Source: Vicugna vicugna (Eukaryota). Taken from it: DNA of 64,000 bases. This document shows, in pieces, positions 21,613 to 33,590 of the stretch; positions within the stretch are counted from its first letter, which is position 1, and every line of letters starts with the position of its first letter. The stretch spans positions 1,977,879-2,041,878 of the forward strand of contig MU057801.1 in the NCBI GenBank assembly GCA_013265495.1. Direction: 5' to 3'. Under the pieces are notes generated by a model. It saw only the letters and a list, made by a program, of their open reading frames with translations, ran no database searches and was not told the origin of the DNA. The translations under genes and the position numbers were made by a program.

Positions 21613-24302
21613 GAATCCCACTCCTCGATCCAGTTGTTCTGTCCTGCGGCCCCTCCTGGAGTTGCCAGAGCCGGCTCCTCCGCCCTGAACAAGTCTGAAC
21701 CCACGGCCCTGGATTTGGGCTGGTCTGAAATGGCAGTGTTTTCCCACCCGTTTCTTCATTCAGGATTTCTCTCCTTCAAAGGATGCCTGTGTTTCTGCCT
21801 CCCTCCCCGGCTTGTGTGAATCTAAAATGAATCTGAACTAAAAGCACTTGTTGAGTGGTTATGCTCCCGACTGTAATTTGGAGTCGAGGTATGAATATTT
21901 TATACTCAAAGAGTCACTGAAGATTTGTAGGAGGTTTTTTTAAAAAAATAAATGAATACACTCATTTTTGTTGGCACGGGTAGACTATAGCTGGGGGAAA
22001 ACAAAAATCCAGGACAAGCCTTCAGTCATTAGGCTCTAAAAACCGAACCTGGATCTGTGTCTGGGGCGACCAGCAGTAAGTGCGGTGAGAACACAGTGTC
22101 CTTGGGAGGAGAGAAATCCCAGGGTGAAGGCGAGCCGGAGAGGAAACAAACACAAAAGCCACCCACACACTCCAAGCTCGTTTTGAACCCGCCCAGGTCC
22201 CCAAGGTGCCTTCCCAGAAGGCGCTCTCCATGCCCTGGCAGGAACGAGGTGTCGGGCAGGGGAGCCGGCATTCAGATGCCTGTGGCTTCCTTTCGCTGCA
22301 AAAATAGACTTAGAAAATAACCCAGCCTTTGGCCAAGTCTCTTCCAAGGCGGGGAGCCCCGACAGCCCCGTGCGTCTGGCCGCTGCCGCCCCGGGCTTTG
22401 TGAGTTCGCGGGCTGCTCGAGGCTGTTGAACACAGTTGAAACAGAATATTAATGCCTGTTAACGGAGCCTGTGAGGTTCATTCTCTTAATAACATCTATT
22501 GGTTCACAGGGAGCGTCCTGTTAGGAAATACTCTTTAGCTCTAAAGGGCTCGAAAGTACAGAGAGAGTGTTTGGGCTCTTTTGACCTTCCAACACGACCG
22601 CATTAAGAATGATGATTACCCACGAGACAAGCCTCCTCGCCGGAGACGTCTGGAGAAGGGCCGGCGTCAGCAGCCGTTTCTGACGCTCAGCGAGGGCTCA
22701 GAGCGCGTCTCCCTTGTGCCTGGGGTGTCGTGCTGCCCTGAGCCAAGAACGTGGCGGTCTTGGGGGAAGAAGGACAGTTCTGCACTTTGATGGGGCAGCC
22801 ACCAGGACCACGGCCGTTTGTGGGGTGCTGGGTGCACAGCCCTTGAGCAAGTCTTCTTCGGTGGAAGCATTTCTCTCGTCTCTCCCTCCGGCCCCAACGA
22901 TGGACGTCTAACCTCTATCCTGGGTCCAGGATCTTGGATCTTTTAAGCAGCTCCAACCTGCGAGGAGCTGAGTTGGCAAAGGTTCAAGCGTATGCACCAT
23001 TAGAAAAAGAAACAACTGGGTACCTGTTTGATCGACCACATCGGGACAGGGCCTCAAATGTGTCAACATGCAGCGTTGCCCGAAGTACGGCTTGAAAGGC
23101 ACCTTCTTCAGTCGGGTGTGAGAGTGCAGTGGGGGCAGCTCTGAGGACAGGTGGGCAGCACCTCCTACCCCACAGTGGCTTCTAGTCATTCACCCTCCAG
23201 CCGTGACGCTGAGCAGGGATTTACCTGCTGCATTTGCTTCGACAGCAGCGACGTCCGTGCCAGCCCGCAGGGGCCTGCTCGCGTGAGCTGGGCTGCAGCC
23301 TGGGGCTGGTGGTGGCGAGAGGAACAGTGCTGACGTGCTCGACGGGCCGGGCGCTCGGCGGTGGGCTCTGTCTGCGGCAGCATCTCCTTCCAGCCGCCCC
23401 GCAGCCCGTCAAGCACGGGAGGTACGGTTTATCCCCGGTCCTCCCTTCTGAAAACAGCCCCCTGGCCCAGCATCAGTGGGGTCCCTAAGCGGCTTGTTAG
23501 GAAACTGTCAACGGAAATAACGTTAGCGGCGTTCTCGCACGAGGAAGGAGCCTTCATGGACACACGGCTTCACGGCGACCGGACTGAAACCGCGCAGCGC
23601 TGTGTGCGCGGTCTGAGCTGACCTCGCTCACGCGCGGCCACGGTGCTGGCAAGTCCCTCTTGTCAGCTTTTAGGAAATGGGCTTCTAATATTTGATTTTC
23701 CATAGTGTTTATTCAAAATTTAATTTTCCCATTAAAATTTGCATTATGTGAGTCATTAAGGCTACATCTTTCTCATTACTGTAGCCAGAAGACACGTTCA
23801 AACAAAGGCATTTCGGCGGGCTTGGGGCTCACTGAGAGCCCACGCCTGCGAGCCTTCCTCGCGCTGGTCGGCGTCTGCACCCTTGGTCGGGGGCGGCCTC
23901 TCCCCTACGGGCAGGAATGGGCGTTTTACACCCAATTTCAAGGCCTGCTTTTCTGTTACATCCTTTCTCTGGCCCCCTCTCCGGGGTCTGTCTCTGAAAA
24001 CCAGTGGTCTCTCTCAGCACCTGTGTCCTTGCTCTGGACAGTGGGCCGGGGGGTAAGAGCAGAGACAGTGGGGGTGACAGCCAGAGAAGTCCTTCTAATG
24101 AAGAGGAGAGTGTCCCTGCCCGAAGAGACTTGCCCCGAAGTGTCAGGGCACAGGGACACTGGGCACACAGCCAGGAGGTTTCTGCCGCTGGACTGGGACG
24201 TGCCAGACGGTCCTATAGGTGGGTGTTCAGACTCCGGCTCAGGTGACCCTAACCTGAGGCACCCTCACGGGTGGGGAGGGGTCTTGGAGGCAGTGAGTGA
24301 TG

Positions 24303-24500
24303 CGGCAGGACTCTGGAGTGGGGCCAGGCAGGCTCGCACTTCTGGGCCCTGAACACAGCTGCTGTGAATCCCCATTTCCTTGTCTGTGAACTGGAAGTGA
24401 AGTGTGTGGCGTCTTCACGAGGTTTTTGGAGGTTTAATGCTCGGCGAGCACGTCCACACCGAACGCCGCTCGCCGACGCAGAGGAGGCAGCGACGTCGTG
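24303..24500 (+). mobile_element. MIR SINE relic (GC-drifted)
   Basis: GGACTCTGGAG...CCCCATTTCCTTGTCTGTGAACTGG...GAGGTTTTTGGAGGTTTAATG follows the MIR layout. Confidence 0.55.
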
Positions 24501-25824
24501 GCTTCACGTGGCCCCCGTCCTCCCCCCAGTTTCTAACGTGGAACCCCTTCCGGTGACTCGAGTGAAGCTGGAGTTCCGGTGCTGAGGAAAGTGGGGTGCT
24601 GCCCGTGTGTAGGCAACCCCAGCGTCTCCTCAACATGCAGAACAAGAGAGGTGAAGAATCAGAGTGGGGGGAAGACGAAACCAGAGCAGAGAGCTGGGTC
24701 CTCGTGCCGGGATTGTCCCTTGCTCTCCTGCTCTGCCCGACCCACACCCAGCCATCCTTCCTCCTCAAGGCTCATTTGTGTTAAACGTCACCCCCATCCG
24801 TGCTCAGACTCTTACCCTTGCTTTGCCCAATTCCCCACACCCACCACATGCACCAGCAAGGCCACCTCCTTGTTGTGTCCGCCTTGGGGCCGCTTCAGTG
24901 CCTGCCAAGTGGGCTGTCTCCCCCCACGCTTGGCCCCGGCCCGCGGCAGGCGGGGAGTCCTTTCGATGTGAGAATCTGCTCTCCTGCTTCCCGCCCCGGA
25001 GGCCCTCCAGCAACTGCCCGTGGACGCAGGATAAAACCTCTGCAGAAATGTAGACGGACTGCGGGCCTCAGCCCCTAACTTACAAGGGGCGACACTCAGG
25101 ATGTAAATAAAAGTGCAAAAGAGTTCAAGGACACAGCGGTCTCTCGCCGTTGGAGGAAGAGAAGGGCAGGACCGCACACTCCCTTTAAGCCCGCGCGAGG
25201 GAGCCACGGACACGCGGGGGCAGCACGCGCTCTGGCCGTCGGGACGCGTCCGGCGCGGCTCCCGGGGCGTTGGCTGGTGATGCCCTGGACAAACAGGGGG
25301 CCCCCTTGTCCCAGTGGGAGACGGGAGCCCCCTCGGCGTGGTTTAGGGCTCTGCGTCCACATCGCTCAGCATTTTCTTCCCAACAGCAGCACAGCTACAG
25401 GGGCCCAGACCTCACATTGCCCCACGACAGTCAGAGGCGGGGACAGAGGGCAGCGCAGGGCAGGCCTGACCATCCTCTTGTGACGGAGCATCACTGCTTC
25501 CCAGAATTTCCCCAGCCGAGCCCAGACTTGACCCAAAGCTTCCTCGGCCAGGACTGTGTCATCAAACCACTCCAGCCCACTGGTCTGGATCTGGCCTGAG
25601 ATGGGGCATCTCCGTTTCAGGACATGAATAAGGTTGAGGTTTTGTAAGAAATCCAAGGAAAAGGAGGGTATTGCCCAAATGGGTGGGCAGCCACCAGGTC
25701 TGCCCAGCGAACCCGAGCGAGAGATGATGAGTCCAGTTTGGAAGAAGCGCCATCCAAACAGAAGGAAACTCCCCACAAGAAATGAACGCTTCATGTGACA
25801 GGGGGCTCACTGAGAGCACAAACG

Positions 25825-26082
25825 GGACAAAGAAAAAGAAACAGGCCGTCGCCAAATGCAGTGTGGGATTGGCTCCTAGACCAGGTAACGGACGGTAGTG
25901 AGAAAAAAATGGCGAGATTGGAGACTTAGCTGGTCATGTTGTGTTAACATTAATTTTGTGATTTTGATCATTGGGCTGTGATTATGTACGACAGTCACAC
26001 CTAAGGAAGCAGAGCACAGGGTCTGCGGAAACCCTTCGTACCCCTTTCAAAATGAATATTGGAAAATAAAACAATTTCAAAG
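25825..26082 (+). mobile_element. Ancient L1 3' end (L1MC-like)
   Basis: CCAAATGCAGTGTGGGATTGGCTCCTAGACCAG...TTAATTTTGTGATTTTGATCATTG...GGAAGCAGAG...GGAAACCCTTCGTAC resembles the recalled L1MC4 3'UTR. Confidence 0.6.
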
Positions 26083-26261
26083 CCAAGGAAATAATAGTAT
26101 GAGATGGAGAGGTGCTGGCTTATTTGTTTCAGCTAACATAAATTGATTAAATGCTATTCATAACTTACAAACAAAACAGCACTGACAAAGAATGAAGCTA
26201 ACAGGGCTGAACCTGTATGAGGGAGAACAGGGAAAAGCACTGCCCTGCTGGGGGGTTGCAG

Positions 26262-26956
26262 GCTGGTGCAGCCGCTGTGGAAAACAGCACGGAGATTCCT
26301 CAAAAGACTAGGAGTAGACTTACCGTATGACCCAGGAATCCCACTCCTGGGCTTATATCCAGAAGGAACCTTACTTCAAAAAGACACCTGCACCCCAGTG
26401 TTCATAGCACCACTATGTACAATAGCCAAGACATGGAGACAGCCTAAATGTCCATCAACAGATGGCTGGATAAAGAAGTTGTGGAATGGAATACTATTCA
26501 GCCATAAAAAAGAATAAAATAATGTTACTTGCAGCAACATGGGTGGACCTGGAGAATGTCATTCTAGGTGAAGTAAGCCAGAAAGAAAAAGAAAAATACC
26601 ATATGAGATCACTCATATGTGGACTCTAAAAAAAAAAAGAACATAAAATACAAAACAGAAACAGACTCATAGACATAGAGTACAAAATTGTGGTTGCCAA
26701 GGGGGAGGGGGGGGGAAGGGACAGACTGGGAATTCAAAATTCTTAGATACTGACAGGCATATGTAGAATAGATAAACAAGATTATACTGTGTAGCACAGG
26801 GAAATATATACAAGATCTTGTGGTAGCTCACAGTGAAAAAGAATGTGACAATGAACATATGTACGTTCATGTATAACTGAAAACTGTGCCCTACACTGGA
26901 AATTGACACAAAATTGTAAACTGACTATAACTCAATAAAATAAATATTTTTAAAAA
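26262..26956 (+). mobile_element. 5'-truncated L1: ORF2 C-terminal remnant, 3'UTR and polyA signal
   Basis: ORF 26266-26517 (QPLWKT...LPYDPGIPLLGLYP...TCTPVFIA...IAKTWRQPKCPS.DGWIKKLW) is the L1 ORF2 C-terminus. The frame breaks after KKLW where YIYT is deleted. AATAAA is at 26934-26939. Confidence 0.93.
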
Positions 26957-27689
26957 GTGCTTTGCTCACAATGAGCTAAAATGAGATAATTAGTGGAAAT
27001 GTTTTAGACATTGAAGACAAAAACTTACGTATAAAAACTTTGTTTGCTAATTTCCTCATCTTTCAAAGCAGGAGTCAGATATTGCCCAGAGTTGAAATGT
27101 GATTACAAAAATAATTTCTATAATCTCATAAAGGTTTTTTCATTCATTTTATTTTAACTTTAGAAGACGTGTTTAGAAATGGGCACTTCTTGCAGTGGGA
27201 AAACATTATGTGAATTTTCACAATTTCCCACATTTTGCTTCGTATCCCCTTTTTCTTTGTTTCAAGTGAAAGTACTTTAATCCAATTAAAATGTCATAAA
27301 TACTATAAGGCAATTTTTCCAAAGTCATCCGTTTCTCTCTGGATGGCAATCTATCTTTCTTTCTGTCTGCAGGCCTGTTTGTCTATCTGTCTGTTTGCCC
27401 ATCCATCCATCTTGCTGCCAGTCCTCCTGTCTGTCTGTCTGTCTGCAGAGATGGATGCTTGGGCTGGTGTTTACCAACCGTAGCCCTGCTGGTTAGAGAT
27501 GGGGATTTCTCTTACTTTCTTTGTGCTGCTCTGAATTGTAAAAATGCAGAAATTTTAAAGTGATCATGGGTTTTGTTCCTTAAAAAAAGCTTAAAAGGAC
27601 AGATGATTTTAAAAAACAGAACAAGTTACATAGTCTGAGATGTGATAAACGCCACCCCTGGGTGTCGCACGTTCCTCCACGAACAGAAC

Positions 27690-27870
27690 AGCAGACTTTG
27701 TACAGCGGTGGTTCCACTGTCCTCTGCCTGGAACGCCTTCTTTTCACTTCCCTCTTGTCCTGCCTCATTCTTTCCTCTGCTGAGCTTCCCTCCTTCTAGA
27801 CCCAGTTCAAACAAGGATCTGTCTCTGCATCTCCCTCTCACCTTCTGTGACATTTCACGTTATTAACCAT
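27690..27870 (+). mobile_element. L2 relic
   Basis: GTCCTCTGCCTGGAACGCCTTCTT motif within pyrimidine-rich L2-like sequence. Confidence 0.5.
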
Positions 27871-29225
27871 CGTAAGTGGTCGGAGTGGAACCAGGGTTCG
27901 TAACCCGTCTTCCCATCTGAGACCCGTTCGGGCAGGAGCCGGGCTCGTGCTTGCGATCTCCACGCTGGTCACAGAGCTTTGTGCGCCCTGTAAGCTCCAG
28001 AACTGACGGTCCTGGACTCGAACAGGGGATCAGAAGGCAGGGGAATGTCACCAAGGAGAAAAGATCGCGCCAAACGAGTCTGAACTGACACGCTGATCTA
28101 TACAGACACTTGGAGTTGCTGGGATGCTGGTGACGTGCATTCACCCAGAGGGCGATTAGACAGAAGAAGTCCACAGACGCCCCCAGACCCAAAAAGGGGT
28201 GCACACAGGTGCCAGCACAGCAGGCGTGCATCAAATATCAGTCTATTTCCCCACGTCTGTGGAAAAGCCTTGCATGGAGGTACGGTGTGCTAGTCCGTGA
28301 GAAACACGGGAACCCCTGCTAGACAGACCGACCGACACGCCTCGACCTGTCTGGCGTTCACGAGCAGTGTTCGCGGGGCAGAGGCTGCAGCGAGATGGGC
28401 TCCACCCCAGTCCCCTCACTTCTAGGCAGGCTGTCCTCCCCCGTACAAGGGAGACACCCTGGCAAGACTCGCCTTCCAGGCTTGCGGTGAGGACAAAACT
28501 GAGGTAACAGCCGAGAGGCAATGACTCTAGGTCTGCACGAAGTGACGGCTGCGTAAGGAAAATCCCAGCCCAGTGATTCGTGTCATTGACCGGCTCTTTG
28601 TTGCCCCACCATTTCCTTCGCTTTAGGTTAAAGGCACGAAGCCTTGTGCACCTCTGCTTCCTCAGAGGTGAGCTTGGGAGCACGACGTGGCCTGCAGGTA
28701 TCGGACGCCCGTGTACACGAACGACTCGTACCAGGAAGCTGAGACCGGCTCCCGGGCGGCGGGGCGGACCCTCCTCCCTGCGGGCTCTGTGTCCTTATCT
28801 CTCCAAGCACCAAGGAGCCGGCCTTCCTTCACAGGGCTGCCTCTTGGTGGGGCTCCTAGCTGGCGATAACGCGCTAGGCAAACACAGGGTGCTGAATGGT
28901 ATCTGGTGGGGAGTTCGAACCAGAGGTGAGGCGTTGATAAGGAGGAGGACAGCGACGTACTTCTGACCCCCACCGTGGGCCCTTACGGACACAGTCCTTC
29001 CTGGATTTCATCACGCAGAGCCGGGTCCCCGTAAGGTTAGTCCCAGTAACAACCCGCATCTACTGACAGCTCGTTCTGCTCCAGATGGGGAACGCCTGGT
29101 GGGTTTGGCACCACAAGCAGGTCCTTTTTTCAAACAGCTCACATCTGACACACTTCTTTCCAGCATAATCTTGAAATAAAACAAGTAATATAAGTGGTCG
29201 GAAAATAAACACAGGCATTGAAAAC

Positions 29226-29336
29226 TTTTTTTTTAATTGAAGCAGAATTGACTCACAACATTGTGTTCCTTTCAGGCGTGTGGCAAAGTGACTCAGTTCT
29301 GTACATGTATATTTTTTTTCCTTTTTCAGATTATCT
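29226..29336 (-). mobile_element. Very short L1 3' tip with a perfect 15-bp target-site duplication
   Basis: PolyT then AATTGAAGCAGAATTGACTCACAACATTGTG..., flanked by CATTGAAAACTTTTT at 29216-29230 and 29337-29351. Confidence 0.85.
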
Positions 29337-29452
29337 CATTGAAAACTTTTTATTGAATTTTGTATGTATAATCAGACCAGCAAAAATAACAATTCAGTGC
29401 AAAAAAGGGAAATGAGAAATGGATTAACACTTGTAATTATGTAAATGTGTTT

Positions 29453-29538
29453 CTGAATTGAAGTAGAGTCAGTTACAACGTGTCCATCTCTGGTGCACAG
29501 CAGTGTGTCCCAGTCATGCAGGTACATGTATATACATG
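29453..29538 (-). mobile_element. Second short L1 3' tip
   Basis: AATTGAAGTAGAGTCAGTTACAACGTGTC...TGTCCCAGTCATGCA is the same end type as the L1 copies at 38.6-39.0 kb and 40.6 kb. AATGTGTTT flanks it at 29444-29452 and 29539-29547. Confidence 0.78.
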
Positions 29539-30129
29539 AATGTGTTTTTAGGAAAAATTCAAACAAATTCTGCAAATTTCAGAGAATGGTTTGTGCACAA
29601 GTGAAAGTTAAGTCTAGTTCAGCTTTTTCAGCTTTACGTTCAGTTTATTATCATCCTGTCCCCTCCAGCCTATGGTTTAAATGCAAGGGCCCGCGATTCC
29701 AGCTGCGCTTGAAGTGAGCCCCCCAAATTCTTTTTTCTTAAAGCCCAAACAATTCTGAACCCCAGCGATCCTTCTCCAGAAACCAGTGCGTGTGGCTGAG
29801 TCCATGTGTTTCCGGGGTCGACTGTGTAATTGGCGGACTGTATAATTGCCACATAAGAAATGTTTAATAAAGAATGGACAGTATGTTGTACATTGAAGCT
29901 TACACACGTGTGATACTGTTACAACTCGACATTAACCACAGCAATTGTTGAGAACTTTTTTTAGACCAGCAATATTTTTTTCAGGGAGGAGCATTTTATC
30001 CCAAACAGCGTACAGAATTGCCGACACACACAGTCATTTTAGGTGTTGTAGCTTCTCAAATTCTCTGCGGACCCCGAGCCCCTGATGGTTCACCCCTAGT
30101 CCAGGCATTGATCTCAGGGCACTGCCATC

Positions 30130-30255
30130 ATTAGCTCATTTCATTCTCTTTGGACAGATGAGGCTCAGAGAGGGTGGTTCACTTGTCCAAGGCCACACAG
30201 CCCAGGGCTGGTCAGCCGGGATTTGAATCCGGGCAGCCTCTTCTCTGAAAGTGCA
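30130..30255 (-). mobile_element. MIR SINE relic
   Basis: ACAGATGAGGCTCAGAGAGGGTGGTTCACTTGTCCAAGGCCACACAGC...GGGATTTGAATCCGGGCAG. Confidence 0.8.
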
Positions 30256-31732
30256 CTTGTGCCCCGGGTGGCTGTGTGGTCTCCAAAAAGCCCACATCAT
30301 GGTGACAAGGGACTAAGACAGGGTCACTGTCCGTGTAGCTTTTTTCTTCATCCCCTCCTGTTTTCTTTTTTAGCTCCGAATGCATCTGGGGAAACACAAG
30401 CAATCTCATCTCCTGATCTGCAGAGCGCTATTGCAGGACTGAGACTCACAGCTGTCTCAATCCTTTCCTCTAAAAAATGTTTAAATAACTTTATTGTGGT
30501 ACAGTTCCTTAGGTGTCAATCCCCACTTGAGAAGGTGCATTTCAGCAGAGCCCGGGTGGACAAGCCGCGTCAGCTGCTTCCTCTGTGAAGGCTGCGAAGA
30601 ACACAGGACACAGCGGGCACTAATAGAAAAGTTCCAGAAAGGCTTCCCAGGACAGCCTAGGCGATCTCACATAAATGGCTACTTCTGACTCTGCGGAGTC
30701 TCTTGCAAGTAAGGGAAGCCATTGAGTTGTTCGAATGTTTTTGTTTTTACTCCTGTTACCTAGTCATTAAAATTTCCCCGGGAACCTCAGCCCAGCGGCA
30801 CGCGGTCCTCCGGTCCGTCCATCACCACCCACGTCAACGTTCAGGAGCTATAAATTGGGGTGTTCAAAACATCGCTCTTTCCCTGACATAATCCCCAATG
30901 TATCCACCACCCAAATAGAATCACCTCCCTGTAATTTAGCACCGTCTTGTTCACACACCTCAAACAAGCTTCTCCCAGGAAACGGTTCAAAAAAATTGTT
31001 TTTTAAAAATAGAGGGGCCAAGCTCAGTTTTGTCTAAATCTCTGTAAATCGTGACAGTGCTTGCCTGTTGGCCGGGTGTTCAGTCGCCCTTTCTAGCTTA
31101 GAATTTAAGGGTCTGCGGGAGACCGTGTCTGCTGGTCGATCCTGTCACGTGCATAATACACCCGTGACTCGCAGGACAGGTCGGGCACGCAGAGCCTCAC
31201 TCACACCGACGGAAAATCACTGGTGCTTGGGTGGACTTCGCTCTGCGCCGAACGATTCTGGTGCAAAACAAGTGTTTTATTCAGTGACAAGCGTTCAGCT
31301 CCCCGGCTCTGGAAGCAGCTGACAGTCAGTTTCGCTCCTCCGTTGCTGCCCTGGCCTCCGCGGACAGCCACCAAGTCACGGGCTTTTCAGCAAAGGGGAC
31401 ACATGGCACCAAGAGTCACTGGGGACGTGACCCTATCGCAGGGCGGGAGGGTGACCCCTCACGTCTGCTCCCCCCAAGGGCGGCCCCACCTCCCAGGCCG
31501 GAGCGAAAACAGGACGAGTGCTGCAGCCGCCCTCGGGGCTAGGGAACTGTTTACGCGTTAGAGTTTTGCAGTGAATGTCAGGTTCTGGCTTGAGTTGAAA
31601 CCTGTGTGAGCCGGTAGCAGGGAGACAGGGCGGGGCGTAGGAAGACAGAGGCACACGGAGGAGCTGGAGTTCGTCCTGCAGTCTGACGAGCTCAGGCTTT
31701 TAAAGCCCCGAAGAGGTGAATTAAGGAGGGTG

Positions 31733-31763
31733 AGTGTGTGTGTGTGTGCGTGCGCACGTGTGT
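31733..31763 (+). repeat. (TG)n/(CG) microsatellite
   Basis: GTGTGTGTGTGTGTGCGTGCGCACGTGTGT. Confidence 0.8.
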
Positions 31764-33420
31764 CTGCCTGGATCTCACAGGAGCAGAATACCAGGTTTTC
31801 TTTATTTCCACTGAAGACAAGACAATAAGGGACTGACAAGTCGTTTCTCAGAGGATTAGGGTTCACGGCAAGGGGTCACCCTGGCAGTGGAGGGGGTGCA
31901 AACACTGGGAGCGGTTGCCCAGGAGAGCTGGGGAATGTCTCTTCCGGGGCCGGCCCGGGGGTCGGGGTGGGAGGGGGGGACTCACCTCCGGATGATGGTT
32001 TTGGTGCAGTCTTGGCCTTGGGTGGACGGCAAAGCTTTCCATCTTCAAGACCCACCCCCTCCTCGGGTTCCAGCCTCAAAGGCACAGCCGGCCTCTCGTG
32101 CCCAGCGAGGTCACGACAAGACAGTGTCTGCCCTTCCAGGAGGCCTCCAGCTGCCGCTGAAATCCGGGTAGAGCTGAAGCCACATTAAGTCCTATTGAAG
32201 GACGCCGGGTTTAGCCTCCACCCAGGGTCACTCATCAAGAGGAGCACTGCACCCTGCGGAAGGCGCTCGTCACCCCGCCAGCACTCTGGGCCAGCGGGAA
32301 CTATCACGGCAATGCCTGGAGTTTACTTAGAGCCCTGCGCCCTTTCAGGCGAGGTCAGAGCCAGCTGGGCGGTCAGCCAGCAACGTTTATGGACGTCTCC
32401 TTGTGGTGGGGCGGGGGGTTAAATCACCGTCAAGCCCGGAAGCCCCGTCCTCGCCGCACGCCCAGCGCACCCGGGGCCGCCTCGCCCTCTCTCGGGGCTT
32501 CAGTTGGCTCACGTGTCCTCGGGGTTGCAGCGAACGCCTCTCCCCGACACTTGTGGAGCTTCCCCTTCTGCGGACGCGCTGGACCTGACCAGCCGCGAGT
32601 CCTCTTCGGGGCTCCTGCTGCCTAAGCTGCCCACCGAGGTCAAAGCAGGGAGCGCAGGCTGCCCGGGGACGCAAGAGGGCAAACTGGAAAACATGTCCAC
32701 TTGACGTTTTAACGCAAGAAAAGGAAGCGGCGGCTTTCCAAGAGCGAAGACTGTGCTCTAAAATTACAATGACCTTTAAACCCCCAAGCGGGCAGTTGTC
32801 ACAGGGTCCCCCCAGACAAGCAGAAGGGGGTTCCTCTCAGAGTCTGCTTGTTTCCACGTGAGAAGTGACCTCAGGTTCACCTGCTGTCAGGCCGAGGCAG
32901 CGCAGACCCGGAGGACGGCCAGGCCTCTTCCGAATGCCTCTGATGAAACTCAAGGAAGAAAGCGAGGGACGTGTGACCGCCGATCCTTTATGGAAGGACA
33001 TAAAGGGAAAGAAAGGAAGAAAGAAAGGAAGGAGGGGGGAGGAAGGAAGGAAGGAAGAGCATAGCAGTTTAGGAGAGTCTCGGATTTTCAGCAAGCGTGT
33101 GTAATAACAGGAATGGTCCAGGTGGAATTTGTGTTGGAAGAGGCGGACGCACCTGCTAACAGCCCGGCATCCGGAAACGGCATTTAAAGAAAGGACGCTC
33201 TGTGTTTTGAGCAGCATGTCCTCTGGTCTGGAAGCTCTGTCCGTGGCAGTCACCGCGTATGAGAAGGCACGACAGGGCAGCGCCAGAGCCCCGCGGGGTG
33301 ACGCTGACCCAGCCACGCGGGGCTCTCCAGAGCTGCGTCTTTGCTCAGATCCACAGCTTAACGGCTGTTCTTTATTTTGTAGTTCGCTCACTCATTCATT
33401 CGTTCATTTTACAATATCAT

Positions 33421-33590
33421 GTTTTTTAAGTTGAAGTACAGTTGATGTACAATGTTACACGTTACAGCTGCACAATGTAGTGATTCACAGGGTTTTGAAG
33501 GCGACACTCTGTTTACGGCTCCTGTAAAACGCTGGCTCTACTCCCCGTGCTGTGCGCGTGTACCCGTGGCTGACTTCATACCTGGTAGAT
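33421..33590 (-). mobile_element. Old L1 3' end (L1MA9-like)
   Basis: TTGAAGTACAGTTGATGTACAATGTTACA...TAGTGATTCACAG...CTCCCCGTGCTGTGC. Confidence 0.7.

Noticed and set aside
26266..26517. Protein-like ORF as a host gene
   Set aside because: It is a frameshifted L1 ORF2 C-terminal remnant.
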